Source: Balanoglossus misakiensis
Taxonomy: Eukaryota; Animalia; Hemichordata
Direction: 5' to 3'
NCBI GenBank assembly: GCA_040954595.2
Contig: CM082596.2
Coordinates: 7,952,468-8,016,467 of the forward strand
Length of the DNA stretch: 64,000 nucleotides
Of the stretch, positions 37,701 to 50,942 are shown one piece after another. The notes below the pieces were generated by a model. The model ran no database searches. It was not told where the DNA came from and worked only from the letters and a program-made list of their open reading frames with translations. Positions within the stretch are counted from its first letter, which is position 1. The number at the start of each line of letters is the position of its first letter. Both the position numbers and the translations under genes were made by a program.

Positions 37701-38481
37701 ACAAATATGGTATATATTGTTCCGAGTTATTCAATTCTCCAATCCATAGCTCACCATCTTTGGACATGCCCGCTGTCAAGCATTTTTTCCATCGACATAG
37801 CTGACACTGGTTGCGTGTGTATATTGAGATTTCACAGGTTTCTTTGTTGGTACAGGTGTATGTTGTGTGTTGACTTATACTCCGCCGGAAAAATCCCTGA
37901 AAACAGAATACGTAGTACATACACTGTATTGCCATAGTTCTACGTACTGTACCATTGTACATTGTATTGTATTGTATTGTATTGTATTGTATTGTATTGT
38001 ATATGTATTTTAAATTAAGCCAAACTTACAGCTGATCTCCCTATAATTGTCTCATGATGTCACCTCAACTTTGAAACTTTTCTTACTAAAACTTGCCTCT
38101 TGTCCTGTCCCAGATCTACTACCTGGCTTTTAACACTTTCAACCCCAGTTACCTCTAGCTTTGTAGAGAATGAACATGACCACAGAACTAAACCATGGTG
38201 GTGAAAGGGTCAAGAGACATTAAGAAAGTCTGGTCTAAAAAGTAGGGTTTTCTTGAACAACGGTCAAGTATAATGACTTTGCAAAACACTGACCAAGTTC
38301 TCTTGGTTTTGTCGCTGCATTAACCACTCCGTGAAGCCATACTAATATAATACATTGTATGTGTTGCGATGAACAAGTTGCAGAAAACTTACCTTGCAAC
38401 CCTCACAGGAATGAACTCCATAATGAAATCCGGTCGATGTGTCCCCACATATCTGACAACTGATCAGTTCATTCAGTTGAT
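34522..38481 (-). CDS. Divergent NR1 (C/D/E/F-group) nuclear receptor with AF-2 helix, 5'-partial. Exons 38481-38393, 37896-37755, 37313-36184, 35774-35318, 34772-34522
   Basis: In-frame GT-AG splicing. [25 protein letters not shown]|[15 protein letters not shown]...[20 protein letters not shown]; [14 protein letters not shown]...[13 protein letters not shown]...DRPGL...LSPLHAEVF. Exact orthology cannot be assigned by eye. Confidence 0.92.
34840..35204. mobile_element. Foldback MITE family C (TTAA-flanked, AGG...CCT termini, Kolobok-type) in the last intron of receptor 2
   Basis: Almost the whole element is an imperfect inverted repeat; TTAA at both ends; homologous to copies at 61064, 61954 and 24377. 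Confidence 0.85.
35318..35774 (-). CDS. Receptor 2 exon: LBD helices 3-8
   Basis: tttcag|GGA AGA GAA ... GCA G|gtacgt; strong GC bias at third codon positions. Confidence 0.92.
36184..37313 (-). CDS. Receptor 2 exon: CTE, long Ser/Pro-rich hinge, LBD helix 1
   Basis: ttcacag|CA TCA CGA CTG GGA ([10 protein letters not shown]) ... AGC AAG|gtaaag; matches 393-aa ORF 36154-37335. Confidence 0.92.
37755..37896 (-). CDS. Receptor 2 exon: second zinc finger
   Basis: tttcag|GGA TTT TTC CGG ... GAT G|gtgagc. Confidence 0.95.
37955..38001. repeat. (ATTGT)n pentanucleotide microsatellite
   Basis: Directly visible in the intron between the two zinc-finger exons of receptor 2. Confidence 0.95.
38393..38481 (-). 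CDS. Receptor 2 exon: first zinc finger / P-box (CEGCKG); not in the ORF track
   Basis: Minus strand ctctcag|AT CAA CTG ... TGC AAG|gtaagt; [29 protein letters not shown]. Confidence 0.95.
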
Positions 38482-40682
38482 CTGAGAGAAAAAAAGAGCA
38501 AAATAGGTTAGATTTTTTTTACTCAAAACCTAGATTCCTCAGCTCAGAAATAAAGTGTACGTGTATGTTCAATTGCGCAGATGTGTCAGTATATGTAAAG
38601 TTTATGTCTTTGTGAGTGCAGATATACAGGAGCTTTTCTCTTTCATTTTAATCAAGAAAGCCAGGAAGATTGACAATGAAGTTGGGGCAAAGACAGAAAA
38701 AGCTCTCTGGCAATAAATCTCATTAAAGTTTCAATGCTGAGGAGCTCAACTACATGTACTAGTCACTTGAGTGGAGATTTCGAGCTGGTGCATATTGCTC
38801 CATTAAATATAGAGGTACTGCACAGTTGAGGACTTGAAGATGAATTATAGAGTTTTGAATTTGATATGAGCTTCAACTGGCAAGCTGTTATGGTCAAATT
38901 TGTCTGATTGACCGACTAGTCATGTGGAAATATTTCTGAACTCAGGCAGCATGGTCAACCAAAGCTGTTTAGTGTTAGTGCGTAAAATATTTAAGCATCA
39001 ACAGTTGGTGACTGTTTTGAATACATTCTGAATTGTACATGGACCATCTGTTGTTCGTAATGCCTGGCTTTAAATCTGCTTTCAAAACTGACCTTTAGAT
39101 GGAACTGCCACGTTATTCCCCCTTCCCAGTTTCTGCTTATTGCGTATACTGAATTGCCAATTGGCGTCATTTGTGGTGGAAAAGACCGGTACTGTGATTT
39201 CGTTGGTGGTTTATATAAAATTAAATTTGTGGTGTTCACATATTAGATCCTTAGACTTATTTCTTGTTTATCTTTCTTGCATTTTGTGTTTTCAGACAGA
39301 GCCAAAAACAGGTTGATTTATTGTCCATTTTTTGCCAGCTGCACATAAACCTCTCACCCGCAAAATGCACCAAAAAACAAAATTACGGCAACATACCTCA
39401 CAGAGGCTGAGACTAGTGAGAGGTCTCAAATAGAAATTTTGGACAAGTTTATTTCATGGGTATTAGAGAAAAATGCCTCTGGGAATAAGTAATGATTTTG
39501 CTGTCAGTACTATACGTTTTTTTCCCCTACGGGCTATTTTTCAAAATCCGTGACATTTAGCAAGCATGTACTCCTAATACTTGACAGTGGAAGCATAATT
39601 GCCCACGTTACTGTTTTGCATGTAGGGGATATTTCAAAGATTATAATTCATATGGAGTAAAGATAAGACAGTACGTCGTACATTGCAGCTGCAGCAATGA
39701 CAAATTGTTCATCTTGAGTAGAGTGAACGGTACGTAGACCAGCAGTGCATGACCGGATAAAGAGATCTCAAATCTGTTTCGATCATTATCGTTATCTATC
39801 ATGACTTTGGTTGTGAAGTATGGGGAACATTTCTGGATCGAGACATGAAATCTATACTTGGTTAGTTTTGTGTTCATAGTACACATGGTGGTGGAGGATC
39901 ATTTCTTAAATGTGATATCAGTCACACAGATTCTTCAGTTCTGTATAAAATTATACTAAGGTGAAACCCATCTTGATGTTGGCTTTTACTCAGAAACTTG
40001 AAAATTTTTATTATGACTTCATCATGTATATTCACGTCCGCTGAGGCTCAAGCGAAAAAAAAAAATGTTAATCTGCGATGTAAATCCGTAGCGAATCCTT
40101 TCAGAGCAGCAAACTTTGCAAGCAAGTATATGATACAGCAATCTGATTGCTGGAAAAAATAAGAGGTAGATTTAGGCGCCGGCTTTACCTGTCCTGGTTC
40201 TTTGCTGTTCTCTTTTCCCACGTGTACATCGACTCTCTAGTGCGGCGCATAGTAACAATTTACAAATGTAATCATGAACATAATCCTTTGAGTTTGTGCA
40301 GGTCAAAAATCTGAGCTGACCTGATGGAACCTGACCTCATTTTTTAGAAACTTTTCAGCCCCAGGGTTGGCTTAGGTAGCTTTTTTCAGTCATAATTCTA
40401 ATTCCCTTGAACTTTAGCGTGGCTTTAAGTATTGATGTGCCCAGACAGCATGCAATTTAAGGTCATATTCTGATATACTCTAGGTACTCAGGGGGACATG
40501 TCACTCATAGGGTATGCAGGGTATACTGATAATCCATCATTACATGTATGTTATCGTCTTGTTGCACATCTGGAACAACTGCTGCTAAATCTCCTCTGAG
40601 TATATTAAATTAACATATTCTAAGATTACAGAAACCTTTGAAGACTAAACCTTATACCTTGTCCTCATTTCAATGGAGAAAC

Positions 40683-40795
40683 TGCTGTAAAACGGTGGAT
40701 TTTCGCGACAGGAAATTTTCGCGATATCAAAAGAGGCAACTGTTACGCGAGGATTAATTTTGCATTCTCTCATTTCACTGCATAGTTATCTCTGA
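40683..40795 (+). mobile_element. MITE subfamily A2, partial
   Basis: Matches the 5' half of 55901-56111. Confidence 0.75.
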
Positions 40796-41757
40796 CTGTA
40801 GTCAACCACTGTAGTGGGCGGTATAACTGTAGTTAAACAGACATCTGGGGGTCATACATTTTCATCAGATGTCATGTTTAACTTCATCAGATGTCATGTT
40901 TAACTACAAACTACATATATATGTTCTGGATGGTATATAGCTTGCAATACACATCTGTGGTCGTACATTTTCATTGTACGTCATGTTAAAGTTCAAACAT
41001 ATACATATAACATGTTACTTTATAGCCGGATTCAATAGCAAGTTATGATAGTCAAAGTCAAAAAAGGTCACATCTTTCACACACTACTGTGACTAGCAAA
41101 CCTTTAAGTGGGCCCTCTACATTACAACATAGCATTTATTTTCTCATTATATGGGTACACAATGTTATTGGGTTAGTAAAACAGAAAAAGGGGAAACCCC
41201 CTGGAACAGCTGCATATCATGATCACGTTAGATTTCCCCACGAAGAAAATGCACAAAAAACAATTGGTTTACATCAAATCAAATCTCACTTGCAATAGCA
41301 ATATTTAATGTATCAGCTGTATAAAACATACACCCAATCTTATCACAGAGGGCGCTTCTACTACTAGACAGATACTGTTAATTATACATATGATACCTTG
41401 GATGAACCTTGAAACACAAACTGAGGTCAAATGAAGCCAATGTGGCTCAAAATAGATATTTACCAGATGCGTCACAGGAAGGTACCAATTTAGCTTTTTG
41501 TGAAGAAATACAGTGGGCCATTATCCATTTAAACTTCACATAACAGAAAACGAAAAATAAATAAAAAATTTGTGCAAAAAAAATGGAATAGACTATTTTG
41601 TTTGTATAGAAAAGCTTTTTCACAAGTTCATAAAATTTGCAACTATCACATGTTGTGGTTAACCTTAATCTGACCTCAATTTCACTTAACCTGAATAGGA
41701 AATAGTGTATGACTATTAATTTCTCTTCATGATCAGTATTATTAATGAACAGATAGT

Positions 41758-41918
41758 TGACCTTCAAGCGACCTTCATTATACTCACATGGTTGACCTTC
41801 ATATGACCTTCATTACACTTGAACCTGAACCTCAATTGGAATTAGTATACCGGTACAACTCAAAAATTTCTCTTTATGATAAGTATTACTAAAGAGACGG
41901 GTGACCTTAATATGACCT
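41758..41918 (-). promoter_or_regulatory. Three DR5 nuclear-receptor direct repeats
   Basis: TGACCT-tcaag-CGACCT (41758-41774), TGACCT-tcata-TGACCT (41793-41809), TGACCT-taata-TGACCT (41902-41918). Confidence 0.4.
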
Positions 41919-42715
41919 TCACGATCTTTTTCATGTGACCTTGAAGTAGTACATATTAATGGGCGTCCTACTGGGATTTAGTGTTGCAGTCTTAACGACA
42001 CAGACAGATAATAACAAGAATGTTGTATTTACGAAATAAAATGGCATTTCGCAGGGGGGCCAGCTCCGCTGCTGTTCGTCAAATTCCAATAAAGCCAACA
42101 ACTCGGGTGTCCTTGCACTGACACAGGTATAGCTACACGACAACATCCACACGCAAACAGCTAACTATATCAAGGACAAACATTAAGAATTCATGAAAGG
42201 GGCAGAGACGAATGTTTTGCATTGTTAATTGTGTATCAACATAAACAGTACGTATTCTATACGACCTTGCTGATTGACATTCCATTAATGTATCAACAGT
42301 CAATCACGCAAGCAGCTACCGTTTAATTGAACTCTATTATAGATATTGGTGTAGGAATTAATTATGTTTTTTAGTGTAAATTTAATCACTATAGATACTT
42401 GTGTGGGAATTCTAGAAGACATATTTGCGAGCTAGGTTATTAATTAATGAGAATTTGTTTTGCAATAACATTTTGGTCATTTATTGACAAAAAAGGCTTG
42501 ATTCAGTAAAGATGCCAGCTGGTGACACGAAGTATATTTGGAGTTACAATTTTAGCTTAATGCCTTAATACCCTATCACTTCTTAGTATTATAGACCTGC
42601 GACAAATGTTGTTTATGTGAAACTGAAACACATATACTCTTCCCTCACTGGTTTCAAAATCGCCTGGGTGAGGATGTTCTAGTCAGGAAACAGCAGCCAC
42701 AAGAAGCTGAAACAA

Positions 42716-42716
42716 G

Positions 42717-42747
<31 letters not shown>

Positions 42748-42837
42748 AGTGGTGGTGGTGGTGGTGATGATGATGATATGAAGATGATGCCGTCATGCCG
42801 ATGATGATGATGATAGTGGTGGTGGTGGTGGTGGTGG

Positions 42838-42880
<43 letters not shown>

Positions 42881-42923
42881 ATGATGATGATGATGATGAT
42901 ATGGTGATGATGACGATGATGAT
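42716..42923. repeat. Compound (TGA)n/(TGG)n microsatellite
   Basis: Directly visible; produces the spurious poly-His/Ile/Thr ORF. Confidence 0.97.
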
Positions 42924-45900
42924 TTTATAAAAACATTTAGTCGTGTCTTCACAACAATTTGTTCAGCACAACAGTTCAATTTTTTCTATCTGTGCAGAAT
43001 TATTTCTGTCATTGATCAACATTCTTAAGATAGTTCAAGCATATTTTCTTGAGATGATCAATTGATTGAAGACTGTCAGTGTGATGTAGATCAGTTCTGT
43101 GGGGTGCAGTTTTGCAATGATTGCTATAAATCTTCAAAGACTTCCGGGAAATACTTGAACATTCCGAGAGTTCCTCGGACTAGAAAAACCCTTGCAGGAA
43201 AATGTAGCACTGAACATATCCATAAAAAAAGTATCCTAACTTGTCACTATGCATTTATCACATCAATAGATCACTAAAAATAATGATGATATCTATTTAT
43301 ATAATATGTAAAGGATATGTGTATTGATAATACCAGGGTCACATGCTCAAGTTTCTAGTACATTCCATGATGTGTAATTTGCTTGCTTTTCCGAGCATAT
43401 ATGAGCTCACAAAATGTTATTTTCCAAGAGTACAATGTTTTGATGAAAGTTTTTTTTTTTGAGATCATTACAGTTATTGTGGCTTATTTTCCAGAATATT
43501 CCAGGAGTGGATTTCATTTTTTCAGGGCTTTCAATGTCTTACCAGGAGGTGTTTCAAATTCCGGGATCTTCCCAGAGCCATGAAATAAGCGTTTTACACC
43601 TTTTCTGTCTCTTACTGTCTAATAGCCTGGGAAATATCACACACCAGAGGGCGTTAAACCTTTGAACCCCACTCAGGATCAGAAAAACCTCTCAGGTCAC
43701 CACAGGGTCAGTGTGCAAAGGGTTAAAATGCATTATCACTGTACCTCAGCATAGGCATGTGAAAACTGCAAATCTCTCCATTGAGAAATTTTCAATGGGA
43801 ACACACAAAAATTGCACATGCTATACAAGAAGTTGATAATTAGCTCACATAGAAAACATGTCAACTTGTTGCTTGTACATGTATCAAATTAATCATATGT
43901 ATAATTAGCCAAAAAAGGCTTATTATAGTAAAAATTAGAATTGAACTCGCATCCATATTAGCCACTTCCTGACTTTGAGACCTGGTATCAAATCAATTTT
44001 CGAATCCCTAGAATTCCTGATCAAGGTAGCTTGTGAGCTTCGTGATGCAGTTTAATCACAGACTTCATGGTGAAATAGTTTTTCCATGAAAGAGGAAGAG
44101 CAATTCAATGGACAACTATTTCTCTACATTTACTCTTGTATCATCAAAATTTGCAGAAGCTGTACTAGGAATTGGACTGGTGGTGCCCCCCCCCCCAAAA
44201 AAAAAAAAAAAAAAAAAAAAAATCACCAAACACATAACTATCCCAGATTCCTCTTGCATTTTCCATAATATGTTCTGTAACTTTCTCAGAAAACAAATCA
44301 GCGAAAATATTAATTATTATACAATATGGTAATTTCAAACAACAGGGCAAACAGCACTTGTAAGTGTCATGAATTAGCTGCCCTTAGTGCAATATATTTT
44401 TATGATAGGCTGTCATATGGTAGTTGGCGAATATTAATCAAAATATATGTGAATAGAATTGACTCGCACGCATGGTAACTGTGGCTAAAATTCGCAAAGG
44501 TGACATTGTACCTTTATTGCACAAAATATTCGCCATGAATGGGAAATGAAGGTTTTTTGTAAGCGTCATATCGCACTCCATTTCATCCATTACCGTTGTG
44601 AATGCCACGTACCCAATCTCTTATTAAAATAGACAGGGTTCGTTGATTTCTCCAAGAGTAATGTATAAGTACCAAACCACACACTTTCAAGAACCGTAGA
44701 CTCAATGCTACCAAACTTGTCATTACAGCAATAATGTGTATAAGCTTAATTCTTATGAGTTGGCACCTTAATTCCTGAGTGATGCATTGCATGGTCCTCA
44801 ATACAGAGAGATGGATCCATGATTAATTGACTCAGATAAACTGCTTAACAAATACATGGACACTTAATAAGCGGCCTACTTTGATTTTTAAAGTACTACT
44901 GAGCTTTCAATGAGGATTAGTGTGTATGTACATACATGTACTTCATATAATATTATCATTAGTCCCTACATCTTATAATAACCTATTTTCAGCAATTACA
45001 CCAAGAAAGTTTTCAAATGATCACTTCGCACCATTGGGTAACATTTAGCGCGTGTTATTACAAAACGCTTTGTCATCCAATCAGCGCTCGCGTCATATAG
45101 AGCTTTCGATTCTGCAAGAGTGTGGGATCCATTTATCCCACACTCCCAGCAGCGTGAGAATGTACTATTGTCTATAAAAGGACAAAGTACCATACACCAT
45201 ATGGTACTCATCTCTGTTTTGACTACAGACTAAATGATAGGATGTACTTTTACGCTTGTAAAACAACTATAATTTATTTCCCGACATATAGTCAGAAAAT
45301 AAATTTTAACAAAATCAATGACAGTAATTGAATATTTAAAAATATATCTAACAATGGATCGAAATCAAACAAAATTAAAAAAAGGCAAATTTTGGACAAG
45401 AGCAACAACAATTAAAACAGTATTCTATCAGTGTGCATACCATATACCAAGGAATATATTTCATCAAAGCTGTTGAACATGATAAATACAAACTACCATG
45501 GTGCTTAACATTAAAACTCAAACATGCATGATGCCATGATTATCATGCATCTGAACATGTTGGATAAAAGTGCTTAATATTGATTTGCAAAAAATGAATC
45601 ATGGCATCTCTCTGTCTGCGATAAGGCTGTTTCGGGTTCTTTGTAAAAAATTGAATAGTATATACGGTCTGTTGTCCAGCTCTTTTTCATGTTGTCCACC
45701 ACCTGCAGTCAGATGGTACACGATCGAGGCACTCATAATGAGAAAGTAAAAGACTTCAGATTGGATAAACCCAACAGAGAGCTTATGATTCCATTTCTTT
45801 TCATGGTAACGCTAAATGCCTCAGGCTGATGTTTTGTGAAATGCAGAGCCATTACCGCGAACACTACACACGTGTACATGTATCTCTAACATTTGCCTTG

Positions 45901-48900
45901 CTGATACCGGCAATAGGAAATGCAGATTAATCCAGCAAGATGGTATTTAAAATTGCTCAAGGAAATACATGCATAAAACATTCAGAACTTGCATTTTACC
46001 AACAGATGTTTTGGAAGATCTGATTGTGAACTTTAACCTCATGATTATATTTTTGCTATCACGACAAACTGGCTTTCCATGTCTACTGCAAATGATTTCT
46101 GTGGTTTAGGAATGTTTATATCGGTGTTGCTGAAAACAGTCACAAAAATGCACATGCTTGCATGTATATACTGAGGAATAATACATTTGAAAGTAATTTA
46201 ATGCATTGAATCCACTGCATTGTGCAATCATACTATAGTTTCTTGTGTTTATCTTACAAAGATTAAGATGTAGACACTGCACATTTGAGCTGTTTGGTGC
46301 TTAGGAAAAATGCATGTGGCTCAATTCACTATTTCAATGTGCATCAGATTTACCGGTACACGCTTTGCATGAAGCATACATGCATCGTGTCATCACGCAT
46401 ATAGTCGCAATCAATGGCTTTGATGAAATACATTCCTGGTCAGTCACATGTTATATCCAGTCACTGATGGAATTGCTGCGATTTCGCAATACACATGCAC
46501 GTTTCATTTCCATCAATCAGTTTATGTATTTTTTTTTTTGCGGGACAATTATTTGAACAAATTGTCTTTTTTGAACTTAACAAAAATCTGAATAAATCAC
46601 CCATCTCAACTGTGTGTGATAACAGCCGCTATTTTCCGAATGAGTTCACATTTAATCAAAACGGCTGGATTTCATCCCAGCAACTCGCTAAGAATCTCTT
46701 GTCTCCTTTTGTTTGGGTTATAAATGTCATCCAACCAATTATGTTTGTGTGCATGAACACAGCCTTATGACAACAGCTGTTCAAATTTTATAAATTACCA
46801 TTCATCTAGTTTGCTTGCAGCATGTACATTCAAATACATTATAATTCATGTACACAAATAAACTATTATTTATTTTCAATTGTTTGTACTAATAATAAGG
46901 CTCCTTTTAACACATCGATCTCCAGCATCCGTGACCTTAACTTTAACCTCCTGCAAAGCACACACAACAAACATGTACCTACATCAACTCGTTTTTTCTC
47001 TCTTGGGCAAATGATATGTAAAATGTTTACTTATGATTTGTGATAGCATTCAACCATTCGTTTTTTCCTAAAAATTACACAATTTGTTGGTTTTCTTTGG
47101 AGATGACTTGGAAAACATCTTGTTTTGATTCATGGTAGCATTCAACCATTTTTTTTCCTAACCTAGCTACCCTCCTGCAGATCAAGCTTTAATAAGACAG
47201 AGAAGGAAAGTGAATTATAAGTTATCAATGTTCAGACCAACAACTGAACATCAAGATTTGCAAATTAAATCTCTGTGGCATATGCTAATTCAATTAAGGA
47301 TGAGCAGATGTCTACAGTGTCCATAGGATTATTTAAGCTCCTCTCAAATAAAGTTGATGCAAAGTGACCTTTGCAATCGTATTTAGGCCACGTCTGGCTC
47401 CCTACAATCCAAAGCTGTTACAACGACCGCCTTACAATTAACACCAACCTACAGTATCCAGATTTCATTTTTAACACCAAAAAAACATTTTCCAAATTTA
47501 TATGCATGTTGATTTGGTGTCTCGACGAATTCATGTCTTATGCCTTAGTGATTGTGTTAATAGGTAAATGAGGATATGACTGATAGCATGATTTAGTTTT
47601 CTGAACAGAGCCAGCCCAACTGCAATATATATCATAGAAGTCACTGGAGCACAAGAGACCACCGACACGACAATAAGTGCAATCAAACAGTGGTCGGCTG
47701 AGAGGTTCGTTCTTCAATAATACCATAGTTTGTTGCCTTGGCCAAGTTACTGCGAATATGTGTCAAGTCTAAAACAAAACCTGGACTTTTCCCACTAAAA
47801 CGAGGATATCGATCAGAAAAAATGAAACACCCAGCATTGGCATCAGGTTCCACAAACACTGAAACAAGACAAAGTAACTGATTTACCTTTCGGAGGTTTG
47901 TTTGGAGGTAGATAGCTGCCAGTGAAGGAATAAGCACACGACCCCAAAACGCCGCTATTCCACATAATGTATCAATGTGCCATATGACTTGCCTGACAGT
48001 GATCAACAAGTATAAGTCTATGCGCTCGTCCGCTATATACATTACCTGTGTCTGGTCGCCATGGCAATGTACATAATTCAAAGCCTAAAACACTACATAT
48101 TCAGCAACAATGGCTTCGGCAGAGGATCGCCGTTGAGAATTTCATAGATACTCGGTGTAATAATTGACAATTAATATATTTTTGCAAGATCCATTTGATG
48201 TGGATAAACATTGAAAATAAGTGTTTTTAATGCTTTGTTCCTGCAACACGTTAATGTACCAAGGCAGAGTAAATAATACAAGTTTTTCTATCTTGTTCAA
48301 GCTCTCTTCTGGTTATTCCTTTTGAAAAACAACTTTAGACTGAAGCAGATGTCATATGAAAATATTTATATTCTGGATCAAAAAAAGGGAACGGTCATTA
48401 TTTATCATGGGGGGGGGTGTATGTATCAGAGGGAGGTTTATCAAAAGAGTAGGGAGGGACTACTACTTTTTATGCCATTTTCAAATAAACTTACTAGAAA
48501 CTGCATGTGGTATTACTGTATTCTACGAGGGGTATCTCGAAGTTGGAGGAGGGATTGAGATTGGGTATTCACAATTTCCAGGACACTTCCTTCGACCCTC
48601 CAGACAATAAATAATGGTGACTCCCTTTTCTCAAATTTACCCACGTTTGAATTTGGTTGTTATGAATTCACAGAAATCCACAATTTTCCAATTATAAAAA
48701 AAACTACTACTGATAATACCTGCTTCAAATGACTACACACATTTTAATCAATACCAGTATACAAGTAGAGTGGGGAAAATTATATACTTTGCCGTCTGTA
48801 ATTATAACATAGATGTCTTCAGAGCTACGTGAATGAAGCTTCGATTGTGATAAAACCTCGCATCCAAAGATGTCAATTTAAATAATGGTCCAATGGCTTG

Positions 48901-49635
48901 GTGAAAATGTGTTCTTTTACGTCATTGCTGTAAATACCATATTGGATGTTAATGTTACTACTAGCTGCTTGCGGAAATGGGGGCAACCTCCTATGTGTAA
49001 AACACTGCCCATTACATTCCCATATATCATTCTGGCAACAAAGTCGCCCCTCAGAAAATAGACAAGATTCGTTTGAATGCAATCAGCTAGTACAGGAAAT
49101 TAAAATGTCCTCACTGAAAATTCATCGACATTTATTGCAAGCACATATACCAACTGGTGAGGGTTCCAGTGAATAGGTGACAATTTTGATTGTGCAAAAA
49201 CACAAAACAACACCCAGCGTGTCTTCACTTTTTGGAGTTGTAGACATTTTCAATGGTATATTTTTTATTAAATCCGCATGTAGCTAGTCATTTCCCAAAT
49301 AATCACCAGGTTGCCAGCGAAGGAGCAATTTTCCATGTGGGAAAAATGAAAATTTACTGGCTTTGCCAATGTCATGACACGCAGCTATAAACTCGTTAAA
49401 TGAAGCATGCGACACACAGCCATCAATGTCCGGGCTTTTATTTTCTCAGGCTCCCTCGTTACAGCCGAGGGGGCTTGAACATGCATGGAAAATTTGTACA
49501 AATGCAGGGTTGATGGGAACCCTCCAAACGGTATAAATTTGAATTTATAGCTCGGGTAATGTGCTTGCACAATATGTGTCATATGGCAGGAAAAGACTAC
49601 ACTGGCTGAAGAATGACATTTCTCATTTTAATATT

Positions 49636-49840
49636 TACTGCCAAAAGGGGGAAATTTTTGAAACAGGAAATTTTCGCGATATCAAAAAAGAAACAACTGT
49701 TACGCGAAGATTAATTTTCATATTCTCATGTTTCACTAACTGTATCGATATCTTTGAAATTTTTATGCGACTTTTTTATTTTCGCGTTATTTTTTCACTC
49801 TTGCAAAGTTCGCGAAAATTGATCATTCGCGAAAATTTCT
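49636..49840 (+). mobile_element. MITE subfamily A2, diverged
   Basis: ACAGGAAATTTTCGCGATATCAAAA...CAACTGTTACGCG body. Confidence 0.7.
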
Positions 49841-50833
49841 TGTTTTGTGAATCTGGTGTTTTATTGAATGAGTCTTGTATCATGCGTATGCAACCCTCAG
49901 ACAGAGGTTAAAATAGTATTTCTTGGAGTTCGATGCACACTTCAATTATATAATGACGAGGAAATAACTAACCTCAGAACTATTCATGACACACGTCATT
50001 ATTTCCTACTTAAGTCAGATGTGGCAAAGCTTTTATCCTCCCTAAAACATCTACTGAATGAGTATGGCGTCTTAATTGCCAGGCTTAACCCTACAGTACA
50101 TGTATATGGTCACTGTAAATGACAGTGCCCTTGGCAAAGCATGGGTTTTTAGTACGTCTGAAAGAAGTGCGATAAAACCATATTACTAAATAGTTTGTTC
50201 CTTTGCTTTAACTTGCAGAACTAAAAGCAGTCTGGATCCTCGAAAAAGACGTGGTTTTGGACAATAGAAGAACACATGAATTGTGTCCGCCAAGTAACGA
50301 CAGATGTAAGTACCTCGCAAAACAACTTTGCCCCGAAGTCACTAACTTTTGTACGCCATTTTGGCTGGTTCAGTTTCTTTTCGGTGAAATATTTCTTGTT
50401 GTTCTGCTAACAAACATTCTCGATGACCAGTTGTTACAAGCCAACCCACACCCATTCGTATTGGTACAACGTAAAAAGACTTCTACAATTTTTGGTACTG
50501 ACCAAAATAGAAATGATTGAAGTTTTCATGTATTACAGTCTTGTGGCAGATGTGAGTGGTTGAGGTGCGAAAACTGGTCATTGAGCACGTTTCAGTGAGC
50601 ACAACAACATAAATAACCTTTTACAAGAAACTTAAATATCCCAAATAGCGTCAAAAAGTACCATGTGTTCCCAAATCCAGTGAAAAACACCGGCTGTTGT
50701 TGGAGGGGACACCGTGTTGTCTTTCACAGTGACTTCCCAAACGCGTCAACGATGTGACAAAGCAGTACTTCAATTGCTGTCATTTTCCCTCCGAGAACCG
50801 AACTGATACAGATTACACGACGCGCGTGTATAC

Positions 50834-50942
50834 CTCCCTGCAAGAGTATCGATATCACAGGGTGTTCGTGTTTCACTCTTTCCACCCGAAACCGCGGAAA
50901 GATCGTCAACTGATCCCCGCGAATATAACCGCCGCTGCGCAT
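50834..50942 (-). other. Candidate first coding exon of receptor 2, inside a CpG-rich patch
   Basis: ATG CGC AGC ... GGA G|gtatac; 36 codons plus 1 nt, so phase 1, which the 38481 acceptor requires. 50720-51020 is conspicuously CpG-rich. No transcript support. Confidence 0.3.

Noticed and set aside
34522-38481. Calling gene 2 thyroid receptor, ROR/HR3 or PPAR
   Set aside because: DBD and CTE signatures do not match those groups convincingly; needs phylogeny, so no symbol is given.
40856-40905. Short local tandem duplications (also 9367/9436, 53213/53271, 58125-58185)
   Set aside because: Ordinary slippage duplications with no evident structure or function.
42683-42979. Poly-His/Ile/Thr ORF
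   Set aside because: Translation of a (TGA/TGG)n microsatellite.
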